From: Naegleria gruberi
Taxonomy: Eukaryota
Assembly: GCA_000004985.1 (NCBI GenBank)
Contig: GG738902.1
Length of the DNA stretch: 64,000 nt
Strand: one strand, 5' to 3'
Position 1 is the stretch's first letter. The number at the start of each line of letters is the position of its first letter. The notes beneath the pieces were generated by a model that saw only the letters and a list, made by a program, of their open reading frames with translations, did no database searches and was not told the DNA's origin. The position numbers and the translations under genes were made by a program. Below, piece after piece: positions 63,598 to 64,000 of the stretch.

Positions 63598-64000
63598 ATG
63601 CCAAAACGTGATTCAGCAAGCAACAAAGAACAAGTAGTAGAAAACTCAACCGCCACAACTTCAAGACCACCCAACAAGAAACGCAAATCTTCAAGTCAAC
63701 CAACTTGTGCTGCTTTGGATTATTCGATTGAAGAATTGAGAAAACTCATCAATATTACATTATTCACCAGAAGAATGGACAATGATGAGAATGAAAAGAA
63801 TGCAAAGGATTGGAAACAATGGAATGAATGCAAAGATGCAGAACTCAATCTATTCGAAAGTAATTCTCGTCTCGTACGAAAGGTTTCTCATATTACGGAT
63901 TTTGATTTGAGTGAACAATCTGCTTCTAAAATACGTTTAGGCATTCGAGTTGATAACAAAACAAACATGGATCTGGAAATGCAAGTTTTCATTGATGAAA
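63598..64000 (+). CDS. 5' part of a hypothetical gene that runs off the window.
   Basis: ATG in AAAAAAATG context. The open frame MPKRDSASNKEQVVENSTATTSRPPNKKRKSS... has no stop before position 64000. A basic N-terminus (KKRK) suggests a nuclear protein. Confidence 0.4.
   Translation, partial: MPKRDSASNKEQVVENSTATTSRPPNKKRKSSSQPTCAALDYSIEELRKLINITLFTRRMDNDENEKNAKDWKQWNECKDAELNLFESNSRLVRKVSHITDFDLSEQSASKIRLGIRVDNKTNMDLEMQVFIDE

Noticed and set aside
1-64000. Prokaryotic features (operons, RBS, CRISPR, IS elements, integrons) or an inserted bacterial segment.
   Set aside because: Base composition, intron structure and start contexts are uniform across the window. The one bacterial-type gene (PARG) contains a spliceosomal intron. 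No transposase, integrase or reverse-transcriptase ORF was seen.

Overview
This window looks like gene-dense, AT-rich nuclear DNA from a unicellular eukaryote, not a prokaryote. Most intergenic spacers are under 500 bp. About 36 protein-coding genes lie on both strands, and most are single-exon. Several genes carry very short introns of 40-140 nt with GTAAGT or GTATGT donors and YAG acceptors. Nearly every credible ATG sits in an A-rich context (AAAAAAATG), and N/Q/S/T low-complexity tracts are common. The ORF track often starts ORFs at GTG or TTG, so I re-anchored several starts to the first ATG in A-rich context.

Recognisable products:
- Pyruvate phosphate dikinase fused in-frame to an AK1/UMP-CMP-type nucleoside monophosphate kinase, with an MGCGNSK N-terminus.
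- A very divergent G-alpha-like protein.
- A giant receptor with an EGF-repeat array, a GPS motif, seven TM helices and a C-terminal RGS-like domain.
- A calpain with an N-terminal TPR region.
- A bacterial-type PARG (GGG-X7-QEE) whose catalytic signature is split by an intron.
- An ERG4/ERG24-type sterol reductase, an ELO fatty-acid elongase, palmitoyl-protein thioesterase, and an LCAT-like lipase fragment.
- An alpha-carbonic anhydrase, a mitochondrial carrier, an SLC35/TPT transporter, and a TM2-domain protein.
- A B9-domain ciliary transition-zone protein, F-box and F-box/LRR (RNI-type) proteins, and a B-box/coiled-coil protein.
- A transmembrane receptor kinase with a beta-helix ectodomain, a GH5-like secreted glycosidase, a 2OG-Fe(II) oxygenase, and an NHL/LEA_2-like protein encoded in six exons.
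- A DUF4116-repeat gene broken by a homopolymer frameshift.

There is one intact tRNA-Ala(AGC). A 3'-truncated copy lies 8.9 kb away in inverted orientation, and both are followed by oligo-T runs. I found no CRISPR array, no prokaryotic operon and no recognisable transposon.

The ciliary B9 gene, PPDK, sterol reductase, ELO elongase, 7TM-RGS receptor, intron style and TTG-rich codon usage together suggest a free-living flagellated amoeboid protist. A Naegleria-like heterolobosean is my best guess, but this cannot be verified without a database search. All product calls rest on motifs recognised by eye.
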